Part shown: piece after piece, positions 1 to 11,869 of the stretch
Numbering within the stretch: the first letter of the stretch is position 1
Layout of the letters: each line of letters opens with the position of its first letter
DNA from: Ionaspis alba
Taxonomy: Eukaryota
DNA length: 64,000 nt
Direction of reading: 5' to 3'
NCBI GenBank assembly: GCA_964255285.1
Contig: CAXUUL010000015.1
Span: forward strand, 1-64,000
Translations under genes and position numbers: made by a program
Notes under the pieces: generated by a model
The model's database searches: none
What the model was told of the DNA's origin: nothing
What the model saw: only the letters and a program-made list of their open reading frames with translations

Positions 1-3000
1 CTCATCTCCCTCCCCCTCACTCCAACCTCCACACCCCACTCCCTCCAAGCCTCCCACTCTTCCCTCTGTCTGGCCAACTGCCACCTTGGCTCCTCCCGCA
101 CAGGCCGCCACGTCAATCTCTCCTCCCTCTTCCTCTCCTTCAACCGCACAACCTGGTTCTCCGGTCTAGTGATAAGCTCCAGCAAAGATCTAAGCACATT
201 CTGGGCTTCATACGCGAGCTGTTTCTTTGGTGAAGGAAGAGGCGTGGGAATGAGGGGGGTGGCGAGGAAGGAGGAAGCAGACGAAAGGGAGGAGGTGGAG
301 GAGGAGAGGCGGAGATGGCGGATTGTGGCGTGGAGGGTTGAGATATCGGCTTTGAGAGTCGCGATGGTGGATTGAGCCACGGGATCGTTTCTCATTATAT
401 TTTGCCCTGGGTCGTTTGGGTCTCGGGTGCCAGATTGAGCTTTGGATTGCGCGGCTTGCTTTTTCCAGTTCTCGCGGTCGGCTTCCAGGGTCTTGAGATC
501 TTGCTCCAAACGGATCAATCTCTGAGCCGTCTCTTTCTCTTTCGATCGGGACGACTCGACCTGGCCTTCCAGCTCGCGGAGTCTTTCGCGCCGGCCACCG
601 GATTCGTTGATGCGTTTCGAGAGGACCTCGACGTTGACGCTCATTTCTTCGATTGTTTTGTCCTTGACAGCAAGGGCAGTGTGTTTTTCTGAGAGATCGG
701 ACTTTAGACGAGTTACTTCTTGTTCGCGAGATGCGCACAGGGTGGTTTCGGCACGGAGCTTTTGGGAGAGGAGGACCCATGGTGGTGGTGGAGATGGGGA
801 AGGAAATTCGACGGTTTGGGAGAGAGTGGTCGTGAGGTTGTAGAAGGCTTGGATCTGAGAAGTGGTGGTGTTGAGTTTGGATGATATGTTTGAAAGCGGG
901 GAAGAATCGTTCGAGGAGACTGCTTTGGCGATTTCGTCAACGGTGAAGGATGAAGTGCGGCCCTCCTCGTTGACTAGGCTGAACAATGAAAGTCCAGATT
1001 GCCGTGTAATCAATGCGAGTTCCTGTGCAGAGTTTTGTGATTGCTCAATGGTTGGGAGGGTCGTTGGGTTGAGAGTCAATGATCGAGATTTGAGTTCCTC
1101 GAGTTGGTGTATTGCCTTGCTGGAAATGACTTTTGCACTTCGCATCTGTGAAATCAATGCGTCTGCCTTCTGGAAGAGATGCTGTGCTTCTGCTTCTTCT
1201 TCGGCGTCCTCCTCATTGTTGAAAGCAACTTTGCCTTGTACTATGGTTTTGATATGTGATAACGCAGCTGCCGAGTTCTCAAGGTTGCTCTGCATTACAG
1301 TTCCTCGCATCTGTATGTCTTCAGCCCAGGCCTGCAGGTTCTCGCTTATATGTGTCTCTGCTAAATGGGTCATCAAGGCAATGGATCTAAACAAAGAAAG
1401 TTAGCCAATAATCCCTGAAAAGAAATGTTGTAGAATCACCTTTGAAGCTCGGCGGAGCACTGCTGCCCTTTGAGCTCGTCCTTCTTCAATCCGTCGATCC
1501 AGCCATTCAGGGCCCACTCGACCGGTTCGAGGTCATACAGTACTCCGTGGAGCCGCTTGAATTCTTCAAGAGAACAAGTTTGGACGTGTTTCTCAAAACG
1601 AGCACTCATGGCAGATATCCACGTGAGCTTGTCTAGGATGTCGCAACAAGCGAATATTTCATCCTCGTGACCTAGAGTCGCTGAACCATTCACACGCTCC
1701 TTGACAAAGCTATGGAAAAGATTCGATTTGAATGCGATTCGCTTGAGACAGAGTAAAGCACTGACAGAGTCGCGACTAGACCCAAATGACTCTGGTAAGA
1801 ACATCTGAACGATGGCAAGATGTTCTGCCGACTCCTGCGCATCCAGCCTGCGCAACTCAAGATCGATCGCCTTGACTTGTGCCTTGGAAGCCGAAACTTG
1901 CAGGCGCATATTGAGATCCAGCATCGCCCTGGATCGACTGGTCAGCTCGTTAGCTTCCGTCTCGGTAATCTGTTGAGAAGCTCTCATGTCCTCGAGATCG
2001 CTTTGTAGATTCGTGACGAGGTCGCGGAACCTGGAAACAGTATACTCGAGGTCTTGTATACTTTCATCTTGGATTCCGGAGTTCCGGACTTGTTCCTGGA
2101 ACAAGGCGTCTTTGTAGTCAATCTCGTCTTGCATCTGTTTCTCGGTCTCGACATGATTGGTTTCGAGTTCGTCGTTGAGCTCTTTCAGACTTTCCAGATC
2201 TTCAACAGCGGTTTTGAGGCTGTCGATTTGCTCACTCAGAGACATGTTCTTCTCCGTCAATTCCTCAATCATCTCTTCTGCTCCCAGAGCACTTTCCAGC
2301 TGTTGTCTGAGATCCTCAACTGCTTCATCGGACTGAGCAAGACGCTCCTTGGTATCCTGATATTTCGCTCGAAGGTCACCAAGCTCCTCAACATCTCGCT
2401 GCAATTCCTTAATTTCCTCCTTCAAGGCAGCTTCTTGGTCTCGTGCAACGTCTCTAAGACGTATCAACGCTTCCCGTAGCCTCTCATTGCTTCTTTCCAT
2501 TTGCATCCATCCTTGGCTTGACTTCTCCTCTGGACTCATCTCCTTCCCCAATTCCGTATTCTCCTCTCTCAAGATATCCACTTCCAGTTCCAGCTCTTCG
2601 TGCTTTTGTCGCAAAGCTTCGAGCTCAGTCTTCAACGCTTCAGCGGTCTCTTCGGCCATCTCTCTGTCAAGTGTTGCAACCTCCAGTGCTTCATCAATAT
2701 CCGCCTGCTGGTTCTCCCGAGCATCGAACTTCGCCTCTGCTTCCTTGATCTGTTTCTTAAGCTCCGCGATTTCTTGTTGTTGTGGTTGATATTTTGCCTG
2801 CAACTTTTGAATAATGCTCTCAAACTTGTCTCTCTCCCCTTGTATCTTGTCTAGCGCTTTGAGCTTGTCTCTGTCCTCCATTCTTTTCTTCTCGATTACT
2901 CGAAGCTTGGTCTTAAGATCATCAATCTCCCTACTTTGGGCTGTACTCGATAGGGCCGGCCTTTGAGTGGCGGCTGGCGATAACCTTTCATGAGTTAAGC

Positions 3001-3943
3001 TGTTGTGGGACGACGTAGGGACTCGACTGTCGGCAGACACTCGAGATAACGAGGGACTGAGTGCTGATCGAGAGCGATCATCCTGTCCGTCGCTCAGCGG
3101 AGGAGACAAGAAGTCGGCTGCCTGGCTGTCCACCGGGGACTCTGTGCCACTCTGCCAACTGGCCTGACTATTACCGCTTGTGGAGTCGGATCTTCTCGGA
3201 TTTTGTTGTAACGTCGAGAGTCGATTGACCGGTCTCCTTGTAGGAGGTACGATAGGCCGTCCAGCACCATTGATTGCGCCAGAAAGGGATTGGCGAGGTG
3301 CTCGAGACGTAGTGGCGGATGAGGGGGCGATAGAGGAACGTCCAGAGATGCTAGTTCGAGGTTTTGGTGCAAGAGAGGCAGGCTTCAGACCAGGTAGGGG
3401 TTGACGAGGTGTCGGACTTCCTGACGAAGGTCCGGAAGCAAGTTGCTTAGTTGGAGACTTGCTAGGAGACTGTGATACATGAGCTAGATATAAGAAATTG
3501 GTAGAAATTTCTGTTACCCTCGAAACACGAGAGAGAGCAGCAATCCTCCCTCCGGGCGTAGGACTGCCAGCATTGATGCTCTGCCTCTTCGTCGCACCGG
3601 CATCAAGCACGCTTTTCCTCCGTAGGTCTCCGGCCGTGCTTGAAGGTCTGGACTTCGCGGCAGCCCCATTTGCAGTCCCATTTGTCTTCTTCGTAGGCTT
3701 TGGCGTAGGTTGATCAATGATGGTAGCCACGGAGGGTCGAACGAACATGCCATGCCCGGGTTGACAATCAAAATATCTCTGACTTTGCACGGAACCATCA
3801 TTCTTGCCCGAAGCATCTTCCAGCTCCACTCCCACCCAATACCCAGACGCAAAGTGGGTGTTACCGGCGAACCGGACTGTTGCCAATCGCCCGTCTTGAA
3901 GCTCGACGGTCTGGCCGATCACAAAGTCGGAAAGGTCGCTCAT
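1..3943 (-). CDS. NIP100: Dynactin p150Glued subunit (CAP-Gly + coiled coil); 3' end runs off the window
   Basis: N-terminal CAP-Gly motif WVGVELEDASGKNDGSVQ...YFDC..GHGMFVRP, a Ser/Pro/basic region and a long coiled coil. GT-AG introns at 3470-3517 (in frame) and 1387-1439; the frame then stays open to position 1. Confidence 0.95.
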
Positions 3944-4288
3944 TTCTTCTCGCCACGAGTGTAGGCATCAGTCCTTTGGTATAGAGTAGATCGGGTTCCC
4001 CTTCGACAGCGGTGAATGTGGTGGCTCTCTGTTGATCTGAATGCAGGACAAATGCATAAGGCGCGAGTGATCCCTGAATTCGTAGTGGAAAGTGACGCGA
4101 CTTGTTTGAAGTGTTTGCAACATCCCGCTTTCTGAAACGCTGCAGCCATGCAAGCCTCAACTGTCGGGGGCCGGCTGCTTCAGACTTTATTCCGCCAGAA
4201 ACATCGAATAGTAATGATCTAGGCTTTCTTCTACAGCAGCAACACCTTCAACATACCATTGGCACCACGATCTTTCTACCTCACCACA

Positions 4289-5280
4289 ATGTCTGCTCAG
4301 GCAATTACTCTCTACATCTCTCCCCGTGGCAAACCTATCAAGCAGCTCCCTGAAGAACTAACCATACCAAGGAATGCTTCAACCTCTGAATTGTACTACC
4401 AGATTTCTTCATTTTCCGGTCTCCCAATCAATCAACTCCGGATCACAAAGGGAAGTGATGGCAACCTCGTCCACAATGACAGAGACCTTCCAATCGGGTC
4501 AACGGGGTTAATGAACGGCAGCAAGGTCATTGTTAAGGATCTAGGTAAGCCAATATGGTGGGCTTTACAACAGACCAAGTGCTTACCATTTTGGGTCTAT
4601 CAGGGAAACAAATCGATTGGAGAACCGTTTTTGTAGTCGAATATATCGGGCCATTGCTCATTCATCCCTTCATATACCTGCTGCGACCATACATATACTC
4701 ATCACCCAACACATTTTCCTTCCCAGCACCGTCGACTGCTCAGAAAGTCTCGCTCTTGTTGATATGTCTCCACTTCTTGAAGCGGGAATACGAGACTCTC
4801 TTCGTTCATCGATTCTCGGCAGCAACAATGCCCTTCCGCAATATTTTCAAGAATTCGTTCCACTACTGGGTTCTCGCTGGCCTGAACATCGCTTACTGGA
4901 TCTATCGACCCAATGCACCTGCTGCCAAACCAATCAATCCACTCTTCGCCTACCCAGGGCTGATACTGTTTGCCATTGGAGAGCTAGGCAACCTCAATGC
5001 GCATCTGACACTACGAGGTTTGAGGAGCAGTGGAGGGAAGGAGCGGGGAATACCACATGGACTAGGCTTCGATCTCGTCACTTGCCCTAATTACCTGTTC
5101 GAGACTCTAGCGTGGATTGGGATATGCTTGGTGACACGGGATTTGGCGACAGTCCTTTTCAGTGTGGTATCGGTGGGACAAATGGCATTGTGGGCGAAGA
5201 AGAAGGAGAGGAACTACCGAAGAGAGTTTGGGGACAAGTATAAAAGGAAGCGATATGCTTTCCTGCCGGGAGTTTACTGA
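4289..5280 (+). CDS. TSC13: Very-long-chain enoyl-CoA reductase (steroid 5-alpha-reductase family)
   Basis: Ubiquitin-like N-terminus, VKDLG|KQIDWRTVFVVEYIGP across intron 4545-4603, HFLKREYETLFVHRFS and VTCPNYLFE motifs. Confidence 0.95.
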
Positions 5281-6093
5281 TGCTTATTTTGGACCTTGAT
5301 CATCGCACATTCTGCGTGCCCGAATGTTTGTACGTAACATCGAATCCTGGTGCGACCATGATGTTTTCCGTATATTGTAACAGGCACTGTCGGCTTTTGT
5401 GGCACAAGCTTGACTTGATAACAGCCAACTCTGACATTCATGAAGGGTACAGACTTCAGTCGCGCCGAGTGCGTATAAAATAACCCTGCATTTCATAAAC
5501 TACCAGACCTTCTTTCATAGACACTGTCAGTCGTGCATGATGCTCGGACATCTTGGAGGTGGCTAGTACTGTACCGTGGGTCCCAGCCAACATATTATGT
5601 GGGAGCAAGCGCTCGAATGCCAAGGAGCCACAAATTTAGCGAGGATCAACAAGTCGTCAAAACCGGGAATTCCAACTTAAAGATCAAGGACCTACTCGTA
5701 TCTACGACATCAACATGGCTTTCGTCTATCCAGTGATCAAGTGTATATGCTTCTCAGCATATACACTTGACTAGTATTCGAATTTGCCAAAGACTTGTGC
5801 TTGTGAGCGTGATCAGTTCACATGTCCAGAGGAGCAAAATCAGGGCACAACAACTGGTGCGACCGCAGAACAGCGATCACGGATTACAGTCGTCAAGTCC
5901 AACGGCCTTGGAAAATCCCATGTTTCTAGAGACAGTCGAAGTTAAACATGATGCACTTTCACGTGTCGCATTCAGATTTAGAGGTTGTGGTAGCGTTGTG
6001 CTCGTTTTCCCGCCACTTCATCTCTATTTCATAAGAGGCTGGTAAATCCTCACGATCCCAGCCACACTGCAAGCAGCCCACCACATTCTCTGA

Positions 6094-6099
6094 TATAAA
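6094..6099 (+). promoter_or_regulatory. Candidate TATA box of the GPI-protein gene
   Basis: TATAAA about 130 nt upstream of ATG 6227, followed by a pyrimidine-rich leader. Confidence 0.4.
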
Positions 6100-6226
6100 C
6101 CCTACCCATGATCCTCACCCAGCATTTTCAACTCACATTCCAATATCTGATCTTCCAGTGGAGAAGCTTTACCCTCATACTGCTGCCAATTCTCTCACTG
6201 CCTTCTCATAGCAGGCCCCAGCCACA

Positions 6227-7552
6227 ATGTTTTCTTTCCCTCGCTTAGGCCTCGCCCTAACCCTTCCCGCCTTTTCTCTTGCTCAATCCCTTATTACATA
6301 CTCCCTCACGGTGAATGGACAACCAACTGCTATCGCTCTTCCAGCTCCACCGACTGTCGTCACAACTACAGTCTATGTGACTCTACCAGCGACCGTTGTC
6401 ACCACAACTATCGGCTCCGGCCCAGGCGCAACAGTCACAATCACCCAACCCGCTGCCTATTTAACAACCACCGTTGGTGCAGAGTCACCCGCAGCTTCTC
6501 CACCTGCGGGAAGTGTGAGTGTTCCACCAGGAGGAGAGGTCGTGCCGGTCACGATCAATGGCTTCGCGACAACCATCATTGTCCCATCCTCAGTGTTCAC
6601 TGCAGCTCCTACCACCCCACTCACACTTGAGCCAATCACACCCATCGTTTATCCCGGTACCTACGCACCAGCGCCTCCAGCCCCCTCCGTCTCAGCCTCT
6701 ATCTCTTCAGCAGTAGAATCGGCCTCCTCAGCTGCAGCATCAGCCATTTCCTCCATCTCCACTGCAGCAGCAGGCTCCGAATCTAGCATTGCCGCCGCTG
6801 CAACCTCCGCCGTCTCCTCTATCTCAACAGCAGCAGCTGCATCAGAATCATCAATTGCAGCCGGAGCTTCAACTCTCACGACCGCAACCGTCAACGGCAG
6901 CCCTACAATCATTCCCATTCCAATACCAATTCCCAACCCCGTGTCAGGCGCTTCAACGGCCATTGCAGGAGCCTCATCTGCCATCTCCAGCGCCGCCGCG
7001 GGAGCCTCATCCGCCATCTCAACGGCAGCAGCAGGTGCCTCCTCAGCCATCTCAACCGCCGAAGCGGGCGCCTCTTCCTCCATCGCAGTGGCATCCTCCT
7101 CCGTTGTAAGCGAGCTAAGCACGGCTTCAACCGCTGCGGGTGGCATCGCAACCACAACCGCGACCTTCGCCGCCGTCGAAACAACCATCACAACCACCGA
7201 TTCCGCTGGTGTTGCCACAACCCTGACCACAGCCGCCATCGTCGCTCCTATCTCCCCGTCATCTTCCGCCGTCGAGACAACTCTTGTCACAACCGATGTC
7301 CACGGCAGCACAGCCACTCTGGTGACTTCTGTCCCTGTACCTATCACAACCGCGACGGGCTCGCCTTCCGTAACTCCCATCACGACTACGTCGACGGAAA
7401 GTGCAACGAGCAGCACAGCGCCAGCGAGCAGTAGTACGAGGCCGGCCCAGACGACCAGTACTGCGGCGCCAGTTGCTGCGGCTGCAGGGCTGGGTGCACC
7501 TACGTGGGTTGGGGTCTTGGTTGGGGTTTTGGGATTGGTTGCTGTGGTATAA
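6227..7552 (+). CDS. Secreted Ser/Thr/Ala-rich, probably GPI-anchored cell-wall protein with internal repeats
   Basis: Signal peptide (MFSFPRLGLALTLPAFSLA), low-complexity S/T/A/P body with AGASSAISTAA repeats, and a hydrophobic C-terminus (AAAAGLGAPTWVGVLVGVLGLVAVV). Single exon. Confidence 0.85.
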   Translation: MFSFPRLGLALTLPAFSLAQSLITYSLTVNGQPTAIALPAPPTVVTTTVYVTLPATVVTTTIGSGPGATVTITQPAAYLTTTVGAESPAASPPAGSVSVPPGGEVVPVTINGFATTIIVPSSVFTAAPTTPLTLEPITPIVYPGTYAPAPPAPSVSASISSAVESASSAAASAISSISTAAAGSESSIAAAATSAVSSISTAAAASESSIAAGASTLTTATVNGSPTIIPIPIPIPNPVSGASTAIAGASSAISSAAAGASSAISTAAAGASSAISTAEAGASSSIAVASSSVVSELSTASTAAGGIATTTATFAAVETTITTTDSAGVATTLTTAAIVAPISPSSSAVETTLVTTDVHGSTATLVTSVPVPITTATGSPSVTPITTTSTESATSSTAPASSSTRPAQTTSTAAPVAAAAGLGAPTWVGVLVGVLGLVAVV

Positions 7553-8407
7553 GCAGATGAGGAGAGCTATGGGGCGCATTGGATTTGGCTTTGGTTTTGG
7601 AATTTAGCGAGGCGCTGAGGATAGGGGGTTTCTTTTCCGGGTGGACGTGGGTAGGAGGTTTGGATATGTTTATATGAGTGGACGTGATGTATATATGGGA
7701 TATGAGAGAGAGGGTTGAAACAGTTTATTTTTATACTCCATAATCTAATCTAATAATAGTTGTTGAAAGCTCGCTCTATCGCAATTCTGGTCTATAGCTC
7801 CATGCACCTCGTCTAAGAAATCTGGGGTCTTATTCCAATGCATTTTCCCACAGAGATGATGACTCAGAGCTTTTCAAGTATTCACTAGTAGCCCAATACG
7901 CGCCAACTACCACGTTCGGACGAGAATGAAGCCACGCGTGATAGTCGTCGTGCGAGAAGGAGAAACTCTCCTCCGCCAGGGACAAAGCCTATAAGGCCAT
8001 CATGGTCGAGCTTAAAGGACTCGGGAGTGGAAGTATGATCGGATCTAGGCTACCGGCACATTAGTTCGAGTAGTCAATATCATAAATCAAACAAACGATT
8101 GTACGGTCATGTTGATGTCTCAGACAGCAGTTGGTAACAAATATGTTTATCCACATGATATTTCAGAACAGGTCTGTGTTGTGATTTGTGCTTCATCAAA
8201 GAAGAATAAAGGAGTGAAGGGAGCAGGAAGAGACGAAATCAGACGTACTAATGCGATCATATTTTGGGAGCTTCGAAACGGGATAAACCGTTCCCAGCTA
8301 CAAAGAGGACGCCTTTACTAAGCTCGGGTGGTAATGCTTGTTGGCTCTGAGGAAGTGTCGTGCGCTCGACGAAGAGCTAGAGCAAGAGTGTGTGTGCCTC
8401 CATTCAA

Positions 8408-9395
8408 TCACACCTTACGCCTCTTGAAGAACGTCTCGATAGTCTTCTGGCCCTCGTCGAACTTAGAACTACCAACACCTCCGCCAGTGCGCTTAAGTCC
8501 TTTAAGATGATCTGTGTTATTGATGGACCTCACAGTCATCGTCCAGCCGTCAAGCATTGCAGTCGCGCCAGCGTTACTTAGCACGCGGTAGCGGGTAGTC
8601 TCGCCTGAGATTGCAATTGCCCCGGTGCTATCGGTTATACGATAGCGTATAGTCCCTCCTGAGGTCTCTGTCCGAGTCGTACTAGTGGGGCAAGCAATTT
8701 CGAGCTCCAGATATCCAGTATTTGACCAGGAGCCAAGGTGCTCTAGGGCTGTTGGATTTCTGTTCGAAGCTGAATGTGTTGAACTTAACCGCACGCTTTG
8801 TGCTCCAAATCGTTTGAGCAGGCATTTCCACAAGACTGAAAGGATAATACCATGTGACACAATGGCGATGTGTAGTTCATCTGCACCATTGGCGTTGTGT
8901 AACAGTGGCAATAGATGATTATCGAGAAATCTGTTCATTCTCACGGCCATGGCATCTTTCGACTCCACATCTTGAAAACGTGGGTCATCACGATACCGCT
9001 CTCGATGATCGTCCTTGCCAGACTTACTGGATGTTCGAGATTTGGCGTAAAAGGGCTTCCCTTCGTAAAAACCAAAATCTTGCTCACGTAGTACAGGTAG
9101 CCGCTCGACTGTTGTAGATTTTCCATCTCTTTTGCCGGCTCGACGGACAGCTTCCGCGGTCTTGTAAGCTCTTTGCAGATCAGAGGAGAAGATGTTCGTG
9201 AATTTGTAGTCATTTCTTGCAAGAGCATGGCCGAGTTTATCTGCTTGAAGGGAGCCGTGATTCGTCAAAGCTGAATCCCTAACGCCTGCACTTCGTAGTT
9301 ATTAGTTGCTTGGCTTTCGAAGTGGTGCAAACATCTCACTATACTTGAGCTACATTATCGACAGTCTCCCCGTGGCGGATGAGCAGGAGCTTCAT
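8408..9395 (-). CDS. Histidine phosphatase / phosphoglycerate mutase-like (TIGAR-like) protein
   Basis: Exon 1 MKLLLIRHGETVDN, intron 9291-9339, then YAGVRDSALT, SSDLQRA, LREQDFG, IVSHG and SNTG. C-terminal KRRKV. Confidence 0.9.
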
Positions 9396-9475
9396 CCTGC
9401 ACAGGATGTTGACGATGTCCAAAACTTAGTGATCGATAGAGAAAGAGAGCCAAGGATTGACCCATAGTGAGGAAA

Positions 9476-9685
9476 TATGGCGGCTTGGCATCATTTAGCC
9501 GATCCAGGATATTTGGACGTCGCCTCGTCCNNNNNNNNNNNNNNNNNNNNNNNNNNNNNNNNNNNNNNNNNNNNNNNNNNNNNNNNNNNNNNNNNNNNNN
9601 NNNNNNNNNNNNNNNNNNNNNNNNNNNNNNTATGGCGGCTTGGCATCATTTAGCCGATCCAGGATATTTGGACGTCGCCTCGTCC
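9476..9685. other. Scaffold gap (100 N) with exact 55-nt flanking duplication
   Basis: 9476-9530 is identical to 9631-9685. Confidence 0.95.
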
Positions 9686-10012
9686 TTACTCGGGACAAGA
9701 AAGCCAACATCGATTGATGAAGACCAGGTAGGTACTCCCTTCATACATCAAGTAGTTGAGACCCGCCTTGTTGTACTGCCTGAGCTATCTGCTGAAGTCA
9801 ATGCATGTTTGTTGCAGGGAACGAATCAATTGACCGCCCACTCCATTGAGGAAGGGGCAGACCAGTTTCAACCATAGGAAGAGTTCTATGTTACAGCGAC
9901 CTGCTACCGCTGTATTGCGTACTACCGCTGTTTCTGCAGGCTGTATAACTCTTGAGTATCCCACCACTGTCCAAAGTGTGATAAGCAGAACCTTTGAAAT
10001 TGCCTGTATCAT
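9686..10012 (-). CDS. Possible small secreted protein (~82 aa)
   Basis: Signal-peptide-like start MIQAISKVLLITLWTVVGYS. A putative intron at 9785-9862 (weak donor GTCTGC, branch TTGAC, TAG acceptor) joins to LRQYNKAG...CWLSCPE*. No recognisable homology. Confidence 0.25.
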
Positions 10013-10492
10013 TTTATTAGCGTTTGACTTTAAGTCTCAAGCGAATTCTGAGTATAATCAACTTATCTTCTACTAGTCTCTTAGCTGTAGCTGATGTTTC
10101 TTGTATGTGTGCGTCGTGTTTGAGTCATGCGGAACAAAACTACCATGACAAGACCGAGGGTATGTGGAGAATTGACCAATAAGCAGTCTAAGTTCAGCCA
10201 TGGTGGAGTCTTCCTCTGCCTAGTCAGACTACAGCGCCATGATTTCCTGCTATAGGTCATGTTGTGGTGTTGGCGCTAAGTCGCGGGAAATCTTAGGTCA
10301 AGGGAATCAATAAATCAGAATTGCTATTGGTGAGGACCGAACTCACGACTCGAGAATCGATCTTCTGATCGCATCGAACCCCGTGCCTACCTCCATAGTA
10401 CCCTTCAATGTGCTCGAGAGCACTGTTCGATCAGGGCCCGGCTGCTCGACCATGTGTCAGGATCCTGGTTACCATTTGGCCAGGTATGGTGT

Positions 10493-10765
10493 AAAAAATG
10501 GCAAAAGAATAAGCGGTGTTGCCGGGGGAGCTACCCCTTTGTTTTCACTAGGCCCTAAGGAAACCCCGCCGAAGGCAGCCGGATTTGCTTTTAACTTCAA
10601 TACTGCTTCAGCTAGATTTCAGGGGGCCCTTAGAGAGTATGGTTTACCTTCCTTGCTCTGGGGAGTCGAACCCCACGTGAGTTGCGGCGCAGCCCACGGC
10701 TCCCGCTACAGGCCAGTCAAGGAATGGTATAACCGAGAATCTCTAACCTGAGCTAATTTGGCTGA
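10493..10765 (-). ncRNA. Unidentified structured, tRNA-like, putative RNA polymerase III transcript
   Basis: On the minus strand: TATA-rich tract (10792-10806), A-box-like TAGCTCAGGTT (10755-10745), and B-box GGTTCGACTCC (10672-10662) inside a perfect T-arm TGGGG-TTCGACT-CCCCA. A 17-bp bulged stem closes a four-way junction (10641-10734), a second ~13-bp stem follows (10553-10635), then a T6 run (10493-10498). G.U wobbles form only on the minus strand. Confidence 0.55.
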
Positions 10766-11869
10766 TTTCCGTTTGGTGGCAGAACAAGCCCTATTATAAT
10801 TATATACTTACAATACACAACTACATTATATTCTTCGCCTTTAGAAAAGCATCATTGCCCCGGGCTGTCATCATGTTTCTATCGGCCATCCAGTTTTCCT
10901 GCGGTTGACCATGGCATTGACCTATTGCTTAATGATGCCAGCGAGTCCACGATGGGTCTACTTTCAAAGCTTTACCTTATCCGCCACGGCCAGAACGTCG
11001 TCATATACCAGGGAATTATGGTCAGCAAGAAGTCATTGGAGCCTGCCACGATGTCTTATGCACAATGGCCCATGGAGATTTTTGGCTTCGACGATAAGTT
11101 GACAATACCAGCAGTCGTTTGCCGAAACGGCCGATCTGCGACACTTACCCAACAATGCTTGCCTCTAATTTCAGGCTTTACACAAATCCCTACGGTTCTT
11201 GATCCTAAGCTACACCTTCGCCATCGTCGACTGTTAGTACTTGACCGATTTTATCAGAAATCTACTGTCCTTTTGTTTGGTCTTCACCACTGTTCAGGAA
11301 ATGTTTGAGAAAGTATTCTTGTCCGAGCTCACAATTGGTATGGAATTCGCAGCACTTAGTAGACTACACCATGGACTCGGTCCTCGCCTTGCTTTCTTCT
11401 TGGGATGTTACGTCTCCGCATCATCAATGTCAATTAAAATAGCGACTGCTGTTTATGGTTCTGTGACATCGTGTGCTTGTCACCTGTTCTTCCAAAAAAA
11501 ACACGACTCAGATCTTCTGCACTCAGTCTGAGACCTCCGGATCTGTTCAGCACTTTCTACGGCTTCAGCGGCTACACTATCTCACCTCATGATTTACGAT
11601 CACTATTTCACTTCAAGTTGCTCGGGAATTCGCTGTCATTTATATCTCCTCGACTTAGACAAGCGACCTACCGACGAACGCTGGCCTGTGCAATTAATCT
11701 CATGCTTCTTCGCAATTTTCACCTTGATCTTCCAGTTGGTGCTACTCTTATTCCATGACAACGCCTTGATATCCTTTGCCGTTCCGTTAAACTTCTCTGT
11801 GTTCCAAGGTATGATCTTAGAAGTCGTTATCATGTTATCCTAACTTTGTTGATAGTCTGGGTAGCAACA

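Noticed and set aside
169..3964. Numerous antisense and alternative-frame ORFs in the six-frame track (here and over TOM1 and other genes)
   Set aside because: Shadows of real genes caused by codon bias; no independent motifs.
9476..9685. 55-nt direct repeats read as target-site duplications or mobile-element ends
   Set aside because: Same length at four N-gaps, and the genes become intact on collapse, so this is an assembly artefact.
10641..10762. Canonical tRNA gene (for example intron-containing, starting GCCAAAT-TAGCTCAG)
   Set aside because: The 7 nt after the T-arm (GAGCAAG) do not pair with GCCAAAT, and the alternative cloverleaf has no 7-nt anticodon loop. Kept only as tRNA-like.
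10952..11308. ORF starting MGLLSKLYLIRHGQ, resembling a second histidine phosphatase
   Set aside because: Only the RHG-like motif matches. The downstream catalytic motifs are missing and the ORF is short, so it is probably chance.
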